From NCBI GenBank assembly GCA_035526925.1, contig DATLBL010000100.1:37570-101569 (forward strand): a stretch of 64,000 nt of DNA, read 5' to 3'. The position numbers and the translations under genes are program-made. Each line of letters opens with the position of its first letter. Position 1 is the first letter of the stretch. This document shows positions 10,278-24,392 of this stretch, one piece after another. The notes beneath the pieces were generated by a model, which worked only from the letters and a program-made list of their open reading frames with translations, did not search any database and had not been told where the DNA came from. The DNA is from Gemmatimonadales bacterium (lineage in GTDB: Bacteria > Gemmatimonadota > Gemmatimonadetes > Gemmatimonadales > GWC2-71-9).

Positions 10278-11236
10278 GATTCCGACTCTCCTTGCGAATC
10301 GATCAGCCGGGCGCCGACCCGGTCCACCGGGGCCACGCGCGCGGTGCTGCGCTGTCCGGCGTCCGCGTAGGCCGCCACCATCGCTGCGGCGACCCGCTCG
10401 CCCGATGCCCGTCCTCGCGTCAGTGCGAACGCCGTCGGCCCGCTCCCCGAGATGGAGCTGCCCAGTGCGCCGGCGGCGAGCGCGGCGGCCTTCGCCTCCG
10501 GAAACCCCGGCAGCAGTCCCGCTCGCGCGGGCTCGGCGACCCGGTCGTCGATGGCGCGGCCGAGCAGAGCGTAGTCGCCGATCGCCAGCGCAGCCACCAG
10601 CGCCCCCACCTGGGCGGCTTGATAGAGCGCCAGATCGCGCGGCAGGGCGGCCGGCAGCACGGCGCGGGCATCGATGGTGCGGAGCTGCTGCTCGGGCCGG
10701 ACCAGCACCACCATCAGCTCGTCGGGTACCGGGAGCGAGACGACGTCGGTGGGCTGCATGCAGCGGATGAGGACGATGCCGCCCATCAGCGACGGCGCGA
10801 TGTTGTCGAGGTGCCGTCCCGCCACGGTTTCCTCGGCGACGAGGCAGGCATTGAGCAGCGCCATCCGGTCCAGCGGCCCGCCCAGCAGCGCGTTCACGGC
10901 GACCGCGCCCGCCACCGCCGATGCGGCGCTCCCACCCTGGCCGCCCGAGAGCGGCAGCCCCTTCCGGACCGTGAGCGCGATGCCGCGCGCACTCGCGGGG
11001 GCCTCTTCAGCGGCTGCGAGCACCGCACGAGCGGCCAAGGCGGCGGTGTGGCGCGCGGGGTCGCGTGACAGACCCGGATGCCCGGGGTCGCGCACCTGGA
11101 TGCCGGGCTCATCCGACCATTCGGCGCGCACCGCGTCGCCCGCGCCCTCGACGGCCAGACCGAGGATGTCGAGGCCCGGACCGACGTTCCCGACGCCGCC
11201 GGGCGCAAAGGCGGTGACGGCCGCGGCCGCCCTCAT
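10274..11236 (-). CDS. thrB: homoserine kinase
   Basis: This is the 3' third of the 924-aa track ORF. From ATG 11236 it reads MRAAAAVTAFAPGGVGNVGPGLDILGLA...GLPLSGGQGGSAASAVAG, a GHMP kinase motif. Its ATG overlaps the thrA stop (ATGA). Confidence 0.85.
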   Translation of the reverse strand: MRAAAAVTAFAPGGVGNVGPGLDILGLAVEGAGDAVRAEWSDEPGIQVRDPGHPGLSRDPARHTAALAARAVLAAAEEAPASARGIALTVRKGLPLSGGQGGSAASAVAGAVAVNALLGGPLDRMALLNACLVAEETVAGRHLDNIAPSLMGGIVLIRCMQPTDVVSLPVPDELMVVLVRPEQQLRTIDARAVLPAALPRDLALYQAAQVGALVAALAIGDYALLGRAIDDRVAEPARAGLLPGFPEAKAAALAAGALGSSISGSGPTAFALTRGRASGERVAAAMVAAYADAGQRSTARVAPVDRVGARLIDSQGESES

Positions 11237-13749
11237 GCGCCCGCGAGGCGGAGAATGTCGTTGAGCACGCCCGCCGCGGTCACCTCGGCGCCCGCACCGG
11301 GACCGGTGATCACGAGCGGGTTCGACTTGTACCGCGCGGTCGTGAAGACGAGCTGGTTGTCCGATCCCTTGATCGACGCCAGCGGGCTCGACGTCGCCAC
11401 CGCGCGCAGCCCGACCGAGATCTTCGACGGCGTGACCGTGGCGACGTAGCGGAGGACGCTCCCGGCCGCCGCGGCTTCGTGGACGCGCCGCCGCCACCCG
11501 GCGTCGAGCTCGTCGAGCCGTTCGAGGAAATCCGGAAGCGAGAGCGTGCGAGCCCATTTGGGCACCAGCGACTCGACCGCGGTTCGCGAGAGCTCGCCTG
11601 GATAGCCCAGAAGGCGTGCGAGGATAAGCGCCTTCCGTCCCACGTCCATGCCGGACAGGTCCTCGCGCGGATCGGGCTCGGTGTACCCGCGGCTCATGGC
11701 CGAACGGACTGCGGCCGAGAACGCCGCCCCTGCCGACACCTCGCTCAGCACGAAGCCGAGGGTGCCCGAGAGCAGTCCCTCGATCCGCTCGACCTGGTCG
11801 CCGCTCCCGGTCAGCTTGTGAAACGTGTCGATGATCGGGAGCCCGGCTCCGACGGTGGCCTCGTGCAGGACGCGCCGTCCCCGCGCGCTCGCCGTCTGCC
11901 ACAGCGCATCGCTCACTCCCCGACGCCCGGCGAGCGGCCGCTTGTTCGCGAGCACGAGGTCCATGCCATGCGTCAGCGCCTGCTCCAGGGCCGGGGCGGT
12001 CTCGTCGGCGGTGAGATCCACCAGGACCGGGCGGGTCAGCGCGTAGCTCGCGATGTGCTCGATGGCCTCGGCCGCGGTGGCGGCCTGTCCGCGCGCCGCG
12101 TGCGCGAGCCGGGTGCCGTTGCGCTTGTCCTTGGCCAGCGCGGCCAGGCGTCGAGGGGAAAGTCCTTGCGGGTCGAAGACGAATCCCGAACGATCGATCA
12201 CCCCGGCCACCTTCAAGTCGAGCGCCGGCCGGCGTACCCGGCCGATCATCGCCGCCAGCGTGCGGCCGATCTGGCCGAAGCCGAGCAGAATGACCTCCAT
12301 CCGCTCGGGCTGGATCACGCCGCCGCCGGCGATCCGCGAGAGCTGGAATGCCGCGTGAATGCGCCGCTGCGCCTCCGCGGCCTCTCGCGCCTCGACCACC
12401 ACAGAGATGTTGAGCTCGGAGCTGCCCTGCGCGATCGCGACCACGTTGATCTTGGCCGCGGCCAGCGCCGTGAACACCGCCGCCGCGACGCCCGGAGTGC
12501 CGTGCATGCCGAGGCCGACCACCGCGACCGTCGCCATGCCGGGGCTGACCTCGACGCCGTCGATCTCGCCCCGCGCGATCTCGCCCGTGAATTCGCGTTC
12601 CAGGCTCTCGCGGGCCTCGGTGGCGAGGGTTTCGGGCACACTGAAGCAGATCGAGTGCTCGGACGACGCCTGGGAGATAAGCGACACCGAGATCTGGCGC
12701 TGGTGCAGCGCGTGGAAGGTGCGCGCGGCGATGCCGGGCACGCCGAGCATGCCGCTGCCGGTAACCGTGACGAGCGCTTGCCCGCCCGCGGCCGTCAGCG
12801 CCTTGACGGGAAACCGTGCCGGCGCCACCTGCTCCGACACTTCCGTTCCGGGAGAATCGGGGTCGCCGAACGGGCGGACGTAGACCGGGATGCGCCGCCC
12901 CGCCACCGGAATCAGGGCGCGCGGGTGAAGCACCTTGGCACCATAGTAGGCGAGCTCGGCCGCCTCGCGCGCGTGGAGCTGGGGGATGACCCGAGCGTCC
13001 GGCACCACGCGCGGGTCCGCCGTGAGCAGGCCGGGCACGTCCTTCCACAGCGAGACGCGCGCCGCGCCGAGCCCGCGGGCGAGCAGCGTGGCGGTGAGGT
13101 CGGACCCGCCGCGCCCGAGCGTGGCGACCTCGCCGTCAGGCGTACATCCGATGAAGCCCGGCACGATCGGAATGATGCGGCGCGCGAGCAGCGGCCCGAG
13201 CGTCCGCTGCACGGCGCGGTCGGTCCGCGCGAAGTCGGGCGCCGCCTGCCCGAAGGCGCCGTCGGTGTGGACGAGGTCGGCGGCATCGACGTACTTTGCC
13301 TTGGTCCCCGCGGCCTCCAGCGCCGCCGACACCAGCCGCGCGCTCAGCCGCTCGCCGCGAGAAGCCAAATAATCGGTGGTGCGGGGCGTGAGCTCGCGCA
13401 GCAGGCGAAGTCCCTGAGCCAGCGCCTCCAGCTCCTCGAACACGTCGCCGATGTAGGCGAGCACGTCGGCGCGCCCGCGGCCCGCCGGCAGAAGCGCTCG
13501 CGCCACCTCCGCGTGCCGCGAGCGCAGCCGGGCGATCAGCGACGCGACGGTGCGCGACTCGCCGGCTCCCGCCTGCTGGGCCACGCCAAGGAGCGCGTCG
13601 GTCGTCCCCGCCATGGCCGAGACGACCACGACGGTGGGCTCCGGGGCATGGCGGCGGATGATGTCGACGGCGTGACGGACGGCGGCGGAATCGGCCAGCG
13701 ACGCACCGCCGAACTTGTGCACTTGTGGTGCTCGGCGGGACCGTGGCAT
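11233..13749 (-). CDS. thrA: bifunctional aspartokinase / homoserine dehydrogenase
   Basis: VHKFGGASLADSAAV marks the aspartokinase N-terminus. ACT-like middle regions follow, then a C-terminal homoserine dehydrogenase domain (ILLGFGQIGRTLA...). The start is ATG 13749 (MPRSRRAPQVHKFGG) or ATG 13791. Confidence 0.9.
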   Translation of the reverse strand: MPRSRRAPQVHKFGGASLADSAAVRHAVDIIRRHAPEPTVVVVSAMAGTTDALLGVAQQAGAGESRTVASLIARLRSRHAEVARALLPAGRGRADVLAYIGDVFEELEALAQGLRLLRELTPRTTDYLASRGERLSARLVSAALEAAGTKAKYVDAADLVHTDGAFGQAAPDFARTDRAVQRTLGPLLARRIIPIVPGFIGCTPDGEVATLGRGGSDLTATLLARGLGAARVSLWKDVPGLLTADPRVVPDARVIPQLHAREAAELAYYGAKVLHPRALIPVAGRRIPVYVRPFGDPDSPGTEVSEQVAPARFPVKALTAAGGQALVTVTGSGMLGVPGIAARTFHALHQRQISVSLISQASSEHSICFSVPETLATEARESLEREFTGEIARGEIDGVEVSPGMATVAVVGLGMHGTPGVAAAVFTALAAAKINVVAIAQGSSELNISVVVEAREAAEAQRRIHAAFQLSRIAGGGVIQPERMEVILLGFGQIGRTLAAMIGRVRRPALDLKVAGVIDRSGFVFDPQGLSPRRLAALAKDKRNGTRLAHAARGQAATAAEAIEHIASYALTRPVLVDLTADETAPALEQALTHGMDLVLANKRPLAGRRGVSDALWQTASARGRRVLHEATVGAGLPIIDTFHKLTGSGDQVERIEGLLSGTLGFVLSEVSAGAAFSAAVRSAMSRGYTEPDPREDLSGMDVGRKALILARLLGYPGELSRTAVESLVPKWARTLSLPDFLERLDELDAGWRRRVHEAAAAGSVLRYVATVTPSKISVGLRAVATSSPLASIKGSDNQLVFTTARYKSNPLVITGPGAGAEVTAAGVLNDILRLAGA

Positions 13750-13814
13750 AAGCCGTGGAGGATATGCAGCGGCCGACCGAAAGTCCATCACTCTGACCGA
13801 GCTCTGCAGGGACC

Positions 13815-14333
13815 ATGTTCACCCTACTGAAACTCCTTCAGTCGATGATCAAGACGCTGCACTCGGAGGGGACGCCGGGGCAGGTGGCCGTCGGGATCGC
13901 ACTCGGCGCGTCTCTTGGCCTCTCGCCCCTCATGAACGTGCACAACCTCATCGTGTTCTCGCTGATCGTGCTGCTCAACGTCTCGTTCGGCGGGGGCATG
14001 CTCGGGTGGGCGCTGTTCGTGCCGCTCGGCTTCGTGCTCGACCCGCTGTTCCATCGGATCGGCTCCGCGCTGCTGCAGGCACCGTCGCTCCGGCCACTGT
14101 GGACTTCCTGGTACAACACACCGCTCGTCCCGTACACCAACTTCAACAACACCATCGTGCTCGGCAGCGTGGTCGCGTGGCTGGTCCTCCTGGTCCCGAT
14201 CTTCCTCGGCGCCAGGTACGGAGTCGCCCGGTATCGCGCCACGATCGGCGAGCGGGTGAAGCAGTCGAGGTTCTACAAGGCGATCACCGCCTCGCAGGCC
14301 TACAACTGGTACAAACTCTTCCGGCCGAGCTGA
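13815..14333 (+). CDS. small DUF2062/TIGR03546-like membrane protein
   Basis: 172 aa with GQVAVGIALGASLGLSPLMNVHNLIVFSLIVLLNVS and several hydrophobic helices. It lies immediately upstream (2 nt) of a large TIGR03545-like gene, which is the known pairing. Confidence 0.6.
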   Translation: MFTLLKLLQSMIKTLHSEGTPGQVAVGIALGASLGLSPLMNVHNLIVFSLIVLLNVSFGGGMLGWALFVPLGFVLDPLFHRIGSALLQAPSLRPLWTSWYNTPLVPYTNFNNTIVLGSVVAWLVLLVPIFLGARYGVARYRATIGERVKQSRFYKAITASQAYNWYKLFRPS

Positions 14334-14335
14334 GG

Positions 14336-16162
14336 ATGCGCATGAAGATCTTCCGCTGGAAGGCGATCGGCCCACTCCTGCTGTTCCTCGGCATCGTGGT
14401 CGTGCTGGCGGTGCTGTTCGCCGAGCCCGTGGCGCGCCAGACCACCGAAGAGGCGACCTCCGAGCTGCTCGGCACGCAGGTGGACGTCGGTCGGCTCGAT
14501 CTGCTGCCGAAACAGGCCTCCGTGGACCTCGGTGCCCTCCAGGTGGCCGACCCGTTCGAGCCCCGGCGGAACCTCATGGAGGCCGACCGCATCGTGCTCA
14601 AGCTCAACCCCGAGGCGCTCGCCGAGAAGAAGCTGGTGGTGGAGCGGTTCGCGCTGCAGGGAATGCGTTTCGGCACGACCCGAACGACGCCGGCGCGCCC
14701 GGTGACCGGCGACGGGTTCGCGCCACAGGCGCTGAAAGCCGTGCGCGCGTGGAGCCGGCAATTCGACGTTCCGCTGCTCCAGCTCACGCCGCTCGACACG
14801 ATCAGGTCCCTCGTGCTCAATCCCGCGCAGCTCGGCACGGTGCAGGCCGCCCAGGGCCTGGCGGCCCGGACCGACTCGACCCGCCGGGCGCTGGATCAGG
14901 GGTTCAAGGCGCTCGATGTGGCCGGTACGCTCGACACGGCGCGCGCGCTCGCCGATCGTCTGGCGGGCACCGATCCGCGGACACTCGGCCTCGATGGCAC
15001 CCGGCAGGCCATCCAGGCGGTTCAGCAGACGCTCAAGCAGCTCGAGCAGGCCAAGCAGCGCCTGAACGGCCTGCGGCAGAGCGTGAACCAGGGAGTGCGG
15101 CAGCTGGGCAGCGGAGTCCGAGGGCTCGACGACGCGCGCCGACGCGACTACGCCTTTGCACGATCGCTGCTCAAGCTGCCGACGTTCTCGGCTCCCGAGA
15201 TCGGCAACGCGTTTTTCGGCAAGGTCAGCGTCGACCGGTTTCAGCAGGCGCTCTACTGGGCCGAGTTGGCGAGGCACTACATGCCACCCGGCCTCCTGCC
15301 GCGCGAGGACACGGGCCCCAAGCGCCTGCGGGCCGCGGGCACGAACGTCCGCTTTCCGAAAGAACGCGAGTGGCCGACGTTTCTGGTGCAGCTGGGTCAG
15401 GTGGACTTCACCATCGCCGAGGGCCTGCTGAAAGGTGCCTACGCGGCGAGCGTTCAGGGGCTCACCTCGGCCCCCGCCCTCTATGGCAAGCCGATGATCG
15501 TGACGGCCAAGCGCAGCGCCGCGAGCTCGGCCGTCGCCGGCCTCGACGTCGGCGCGGTCATCGACCACCGCACGGCCAACGTGCGCGACTCGGTCGCGGC
15601 CAGGCTCCGCGGCGTCGAGCTGCCCGCGTTCGACATCCCAGGGCTGCCGTTTCGCCTGGCGCCGGGAACGGGCAACGCGAACCTCACCTTCGCGCTCCGG
15701 GGTGACCGGCTGCTCGGGCGCTGGGCACTCGGGGCGAACGACGTGGCGTGGACGCTCGACAGCGCCGGGCGCCGGCAGAACGAGCTGGAGCGGCTGGTGT
15801 GGCGGGTGGCTTCCGGCCTCAAACAGCTGAGCGTCAACGCACAGGTGAGCGGCACCATCCGGGCGCCCCGGCTGTCGGTCCGCAGCAATCTGGACGAGGC
15901 CATCGCCGAGCGCCTCAAAGCCGTGGTGGGCGAAGAGGTGGCCAAAGCGGAGGCGCTAGCGCGCGCCAAGGTGGACAGTATCGTTGCCGACAAGGTGCGG
16001 CCGGTACAGCAGCGGATCGCGGCAGTGCAGGCCGAGGCGACGACGCGGCTGGCCGACGAACAGTCGCGATTCGATCGGGTGGAGGCCGACCTGCAGGCCC
16101 AGCTCAAGCGGCTGACGGGCGGCCTGGCGCCGGACATCAAGCTGCCGAAGATCAAGCTGTAG
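14336..16162 (+). CDS. large N-terminally anchored TIGR03545-like (AsmA-like) protein
   Basis: Start at ATG 14336 (MRMKIFRWKAIGPLLLFLGIVVVLAVLF, one TM anchor). It has a long beta-rich body and a coiled-coil C-terminus. The upstream part of the track ORF is shadow sequence. Confidence 0.55.
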   Translation: MRMKIFRWKAIGPLLLFLGIVVVLAVLFAEPVARQTTEEATSELLGTQVDVGRLDLLPKQASVDLGALQVADPFEPRRNLMEADRIVLKLNPEALAEKKLVVERFALQGMRFGTTRTTPARPVTGDGFAPQALKAVRAWSRQFDVPLLQLTPLDTIRSLVLNPAQLGTVQAAQGLAARTDSTRRALDQGFKALDVAGTLDTARALADRLAGTDPRTLGLDGTRQAIQAVQQTLKQLEQAKQRLNGLRQSVNQGVRQLGSGVRGLDDARRRDYAFARSLLKLPTFSAPEIGNAFFGKVSVDRFQQALYWAELARHYMPPGLLPREDTGPKRLRAAGTNVRFPKEREWPTFLVQLGQVDFTIAEGLLKGAYAASVQGLTSAPALYGKPMIVTAKRSAASSAVAGLDVGAVIDHRTANVRDSVAARLRGVELPAFDIPGLPFRLAPGTGNANLTFALRGDRLLGRWALGANDVAWTLDSAGRRQNELERLVWRVASGLKQLSVNAQVSGTIRAPRLSVRSNLDEAIAERLKAVVGEEVAKAEALARAKVDSIVADKVRPVQQRIAAVQAEATTRLADEQSRFDRVEADLQAQLKRLTGGLAPDIKLPKIKL

Positions 16163-16254
16163 GTCCGACGGCGGCCGCGTGGCTCCGCTGCCGCCTCTGG
16201 CCGGTTCTACCGGCCGGGATAAGATTAGGACTTCCTTCCCGACGTGGAGTCCCG

Positions 16255-17406
16255 ATGCGCATCGGAGTTCCCAAGGAGACCGCCCCCGGCGAGCGGCGTG
16301 TGGCGCTGGTGCCCGAGTCCTGCAAGAAGCTCAGGCAGGCGGGGTACGAGATCGCCGTCGAGGCTGGCGCCGGCACGGCGGCCGGTTATGCCGACGATGC
16401 CTATCGAGAGCTGGGCGTAGCAGTCGAGTCCGATCCCGCCACGCTGCTCGGTGGCGCGGACGTCGTCCTCAAGGTGGGTCCGCCATCGGTCGACGGGACC
16501 CGGGATGAGGTGGCGTGGCTGCGGCCCGGCGCCATCTACCTCGGCTCGCTCATGCCGTTCAGGCACCTGCACGTGGTGCGGGCGCTCGCCGCACGCGGCG
16601 CCACCGCCTTCGCGACCGACACCATCCCGCGGACCACCCGCGCGCAGAGCATGGACACCCTTTCCTCCATGGCCAACATCACCGGCTACAAGGGCATCCT
16701 GCTCGCCGCCTCCGGGCTCAACAAATATTTTCCGATGTTCATGACGGCGGCCGGGATGGTGCCTCCGGCGAAGGTGTTCGTCATCGGTGCCGGTGTCGCC
16801 GGCCTCCAGGCCATCGCCACGGCCAAGCGGCTCGGCGCCAACGTCACGGCCACCGACGTCCGGCCCGAGGTGAAGGAGCAGATCGAGAGCGTCGGCGGCA
16901 AATACGTCGGCATCGAGCTGACCGAGAGCGCCGCGGCCGGCGGGGGCTACGCCAAGGAGCTGTCTGAGCAGGACCGAGCGCGTCAGCAGGAGATCCTCGC
17001 GGCGCAGATCGCGCAGTCGGACGTCGTGGTCACCACGGCCCTGATCGGCGGCGTGTTCGCGCCGAAGCTCGTGACCGCCGGCATGGTGCGCTCGATGAGG
17101 CCGGGCGCCGTCATCGTGGACCTCGGGGCCGACGGCGGCGGAAACTGCGAGCTCTCCCGACCGGGCCAGACCGTCGTGGAAGGAGGGGTCACCATCATGG
17201 CGCCGCTCAACGTGCCGGCGACCATGCCGCTCCACGCCAGCCTGCTGTTCTCGAGAAATCTCACCGCCTTCCTTCAGGCCTTCACCAAGGAAGGCGCCTT
17301 CGTGCTCGATCTGACGGACGACATCCAGCAGGGCGCGCTCATCACCCACGCCGGCGAGGTGCGACACGCGCGCACCCGCGAGGCGCTCGCCCGGGAGGGC
17401 GCATGA
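16255..17406 (+). CDS. pntAA: NAD(P) transhydrogenase subunit alpha part 1
   Basis: MRIGVPKETAPGERRVALVPES... and the Rossmann motif VFVIGAGVAGLQAIATAKRLGA. GGAG lies 5 nt upstream of ATG 16255. Confidence 0.92.
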   Translation: MRIGVPKETAPGERRVALVPESCKKLRQAGYEIAVEAGAGTAAGYADDAYRELGVAVESDPATLLGGADVVLKVGPPSVDGTRDEVAWLRPGAIYLGSLMPFRHLHVVRALAARGATAFATDTIPRTTRAQSMDTLSSMANITGYKGILLAASGLNKYFPMFMTAAGMVPPAKVFVIGAGVAGLQAIATAKRLGANVTATDVRPEVKEQIESVGGKYVGIELTESAAAGGGYAKELSEQDRARQQEILAAQIAQSDVVVTTALIGGVFAPKLVTAGMVRSMRPGAVIVDLGADGGGNCELSRPGQTVVEGGVTIMAPLNVPATMPLHASLLFSRNLTAFLQAFTKEGAFVLDLTDDIQQGALITHAGEVRHARTREALAREGA

Positions 17407-17737
17407 CTCCGACCGACGCAGCCGCGGCGGCGCCCGCCGCCGATTTCTGGGGGCAGCTCTTCGTCTTCGTGCTCGCCTCGTTCATCGGCCTGGGCGTGAT
17501 ACGCCGGGTCTCGCGGCTGCTGCACACGCCGCTGATGTCGATCACCAACGCCATCTCGGCCATCGCGGTGGTTGGCTCCATCATCGTGACCGGCGCCGAC
17601 TATCCACGCGAGATCCGGATCATGGGCGCCATCGCGCTGTTCGCCTCCATGACCAACATCGTCAGCGGCTTCCTGATCACGGACCGCATGCTGAAGATGT
17701 TCAAGACGGACACCCGGCCGGGCCAGGGCGGCCACTC

Positions 17738-17741
<4 letters not shown>
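17403..17741 (+). CDS. pntAB: NAD(P) transhydrogenase subunit alpha part 2 (membrane)
   Basis: 112 aa with hydrophobic stretches and LHTPLMSITNAISAIAVVG. It overlaps its neighbours by 4 nt on both sides. Confidence 0.9.
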
Positions 17742-19147
<1,406 letters not shown>

Positions 19148-19185
19148 CCCCGGTGACGCGGCCCCTCTCCCTCCGGAGCACGCCC

Positions 19186-19839
19186 ATGCGATCTAGACTG
19201 TTGTGGGTCGTCGCCACGTGCCTGATGCTGGCTCCGCCCGCACTCCGGGCGCAGGACGCCTGCGCCGACAATCTCACCTGGCCCGCCGTCGGGCGCTGGG
19301 CGGAGTACTCGGGTGTGTACAACAAGAAAACTCCGGTCACGAGCCGGTACGCCGTCGTCGGCACCGAGACCCGGGACGGCGTGGAATACAAGTGGATTGA
19401 GATGAAGATGCACGACGAGCAGAAGCAGCGAGACATGATCTATCAGATGCTCGTTCCCGGAGGGCCGCTCCAAATGGACCAGGTCGCAGAGATTGTCATG
19501 AAGATGGGGACCGACCCGGCCATGAAGATCAACGGCATGATGCTGGGCGCCATTCGGGGGCAGCTCGGGAAGAATTCGGCGTTCACCGACGCGTGCCGGG
19601 AAGCGACGCTCGTGGGCAAGGAAAAGGTGACTGTGCCCGCGGGTACCTTCCAGGCGCTCCACTACCAGAGCCCCAAGCACGAGAGCGACACCTGGGTCGA
19701 CCCGGCGCTGCCGTTCGCGATGTTGCGGTCGACAGGCAAGGCCCACACCTTCGAGTTGGTGGCAATGGGGAAGGGCGCAGAGAGTTCGATCACCGAGGAG
19801 CCGACAGAGATGCCCGGCCTGGGCAAGCCGGCGAAGTAG
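19186..19839 (+). CDS. hypothetical secreted protein
   Basis: ATG 19186 gives the signal peptide MRSRLLWVVATCLMLAPPALRAQ. The composition looks coding and I recognise no family. Confidence 0.55.
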   Translation: MRSRLLWVVATCLMLAPPALRAQDACADNLTWPAVGRWAEYSGVYNKKTPVTSRYAVVGTETRDGVEYKWIEMKMHDEQKQRDMIYQMLVPGGPLQMDQVAEIVMKMGTDPAMKINGMMLGAIRGQLGKNSAFTDACREATLVGKEKVTVPAGTFQALHYQSPKHESDTWVDPALPFAMLRSTGKAHTFELVAMGKGAESSITEEPTEMPGLGKPAK

Positions 19840-20027
19840 TACATCATACCTCCACCTGACGCGAGCCTGACTTCCGCCCGTTGGCGTTCGTGTTCAGCTG
19901 GACACACACCCTTCTGGGCCTGTCCGACTGCCAAACCTGCAGCCGATCGGCCATCCTGTGCCCACCTCACGCCCCACTCGGTTGCGCAGCCGCAACTATC
20001 AATGCTGTCACGTTTTAGCCTAAGGTG

Positions 20028-20056
20028 TTGATTTTAGGCATCTTAGGCAATATATT
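20028..20056 (+). promoter_or_regulatory. candidate promoter TTGATT-17 nt-TATATT upstream of the sigma factor gene
   Basis: Read directly: TTGATT at 20028..20033, an exact 17-nt spacer containing two TTAGGCA direct repeats, and TATATT at 20051..20056. It sits in an AT-rich island. Confidence 0.45.
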
Positions 20057-20144
20057 GGCCCGTCTTAAATTCAATCAGCCTCAAATCCCTTGGCTTTTAT
20101 ACTGTGCGGGGACGGGAGTCCTGGAGGAGGCGAACAGCGTGACG

Positions 20145-21032
20145 ATGAAGGCGCGTGGCAAGCGTCGCCCGGTGCGACCGGCGCAGATCGCTCGTGCAAT
20201 CGACGAAGGCCGTGAGAGCCTGGACCTGTACCTGGACGAGATCAGTAGGGTGCCCCTCCTCAATCGCGAGGAGGAAATGGAGCTTGCGCGCAAGGCCTTC
20301 AAGGGCAGCGTGGCGGCCCAAGAGAAGCTGGCGCGTCACAACGTGCGCTTCGTGGTCTCCGTAGCCAAGAAGTTCCAGAACCGCGGCGTGCCGCTCGTCG
20401 ACCTGATCGGCGAAGGCAACCTGGGCCTCATGACCGCCGCTCGAAAGTTCGATCCCGATCGGGGCGTCAAGTTCATCTCCTACGCTGTCTGGTGGATCCG
20501 CCAGGCCGTGCAGGCCGCCATCGCGCGTCACGGACGCCCGGTTCGCGTGCCGCTCAACCGGACGGCGGACCTGAGCCGGCTCGGCCGCACCACCACGCTC
20601 CTCAAGGACAAGCTGGGCCGCATGCCCACCACCGAGGAGCTCGCGCGCGCCACCGGGCTGACGGTCGAGGCCGTGCGCTCGCTCAGCGCGCTCAACTCCG
20701 AGGCCGTCCGCCTCGACCATCCCACCCGGGATGGGGAGGGCAACGAGCGGATCGAGCGGTTCACCAGCGGTGAGCAGGAAAGCACCGACATGAGCACCAT
20801 GGCCAACAGCCAGACCCGCGACATCGAGGCCGCGCTCGCCGCGCTCCCGCCGCGGGATGCCAAGGTGCTGCGGCTGTACTTTGGCCTCGACGATGGCAAC
20901 AGCCGCACGCTCGAGGAAATCGGCCGCATGATGGGCGTCACCCGCGAGCGGATTCGTCAGCTCCGCGATCGCGCGCTGCTCCGGCTTCGCGAAGGCGAGA
21001 CCGGCGACCGCCTGCGGGATCTCGTGGCCTGA
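20145..21032 (+). CDS. rpoD: RNA polymerase sigma-70 family factor, short RpoD/SigA-like form
   Basis: Regions 1.2 to 4 are present: DLYLDEISRVPLLNREEEMELA, GNLGLMTAARKFDPDRGVKFISYAVWWIRQAV, TLEEIGRMMGVTRERIRQL. The FISYAVWWIRQ variant is as I recall for Bacteroidetes-type primary sigma. The start is ATG 20145 or GTG 20139 (GGAGGAGG upstream). Confidence 0.8.
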   Translation: MKARGKRRPVRPAQIARAIDEGRESLDLYLDEISRVPLLNREEEMELARKAFKGSVAAQEKLARHNVRFVVSVAKKFQNRGVPLVDLIGEGNLGLMTAARKFDPDRGVKFISYAVWWIRQAVQAAIARHGRPVRVPLNRTADLSRLGRTTTLLKDKLGRMPTTEELARATGLTVEAVRSLSALNSEAVRLDHPTRDGEGNERIERFTSGEQESTDMSTMANSQTRDIEAALAALPPRDAKVLRLYFGLDDGNSRTLEEIGRMMGVTRERIRQLRDRALLRLREGETGDRLRDLVA

Positions 21033-21054
21033 CGCCGGCTGGTCCGGACACGAC

Positions 21055-21085
21055 GACGCCCCCCGAACGAGGTTCGGGGGGCGTC
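21055..21085. terminator. bidirectional terminator hairpin between the convergent sigma and acnA genes
   Basis: GACGCCCCCCGAAC-gag-GTTCGGGGGGCGTC forms a 14-bp perfect stem. Confidence 0.7.
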
Positions 21086-21110
21086 CTCGTATGGGCCCTG
21101 CCCGCCGGGA

Positions 21111-23945
<2,835 letters not shown>

Positions 23946-24009
23946 GATCCGTCATGGTTGAAGTCAGGCGCAATATACTATCCATTCACGTCCTGCCGCC
24001 GGAGCCGGA

Positions 24010-24336
24010 ATGCCGAATCCCATCCCCTACGCCATCACCCGCCGGGACGACGGTCTGCTCATCGAGTGGGAGCAGGGCCGTCACGCGGCGTTGTATCCGT
24101 CACGGGCGCTGCGGATCGCGTGCGGGTGCGCCGTGTGCGTCGAGGAAATGACCGGACGACCGCTGCTCGACCCTTCACGAGTCCCGACGGACATCCGGCC
24201 GCTGAGCGTGGCGCTGGTCGGCACCTACGGCCTCAGGATACAGTGGAGCGACGGACACGGTACGGGGATCTACACCTATGAACGTCTGCTCGCCTCGTGC
24301 CCGTGCGAGCAGTGCGCGGCCCGCCGCGTCGGGTGA
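24010..24336 (+). CDS. DUF971 (gamma-butyrobetaine hydroxylase-like N-terminal) domain protein
   Basis: 108 aa with [28 protein letters not shown]...[21 protein letters not shown] plus a C-terminal CPCEQC. Confidence 0.7.
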   Translation: MPNPIPYAITRRDDGLLIEWEQGRHAALYPSRALRIACGCAVCVEEMTGRPLLDPSRVPTDIRPLSVALVGTYGLRIQWSDGHGTGIYTYERLLASCPCEQCAARRVG

Positions 24337-24392
24337 CCTCCGACACATCCCCGTGAGCCCGGCCGGACCCATGCTGGACGATCACGAAGGCA

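Noticed and set aside
10274-13048. 924-aa minus-strand ORF
   Set aside because: Only the 3' 963 nt encode homoserine kinase. The upstream part is an out-of-frame shadow of thrA, which is clearly encoded by the 11233..13791 frame.
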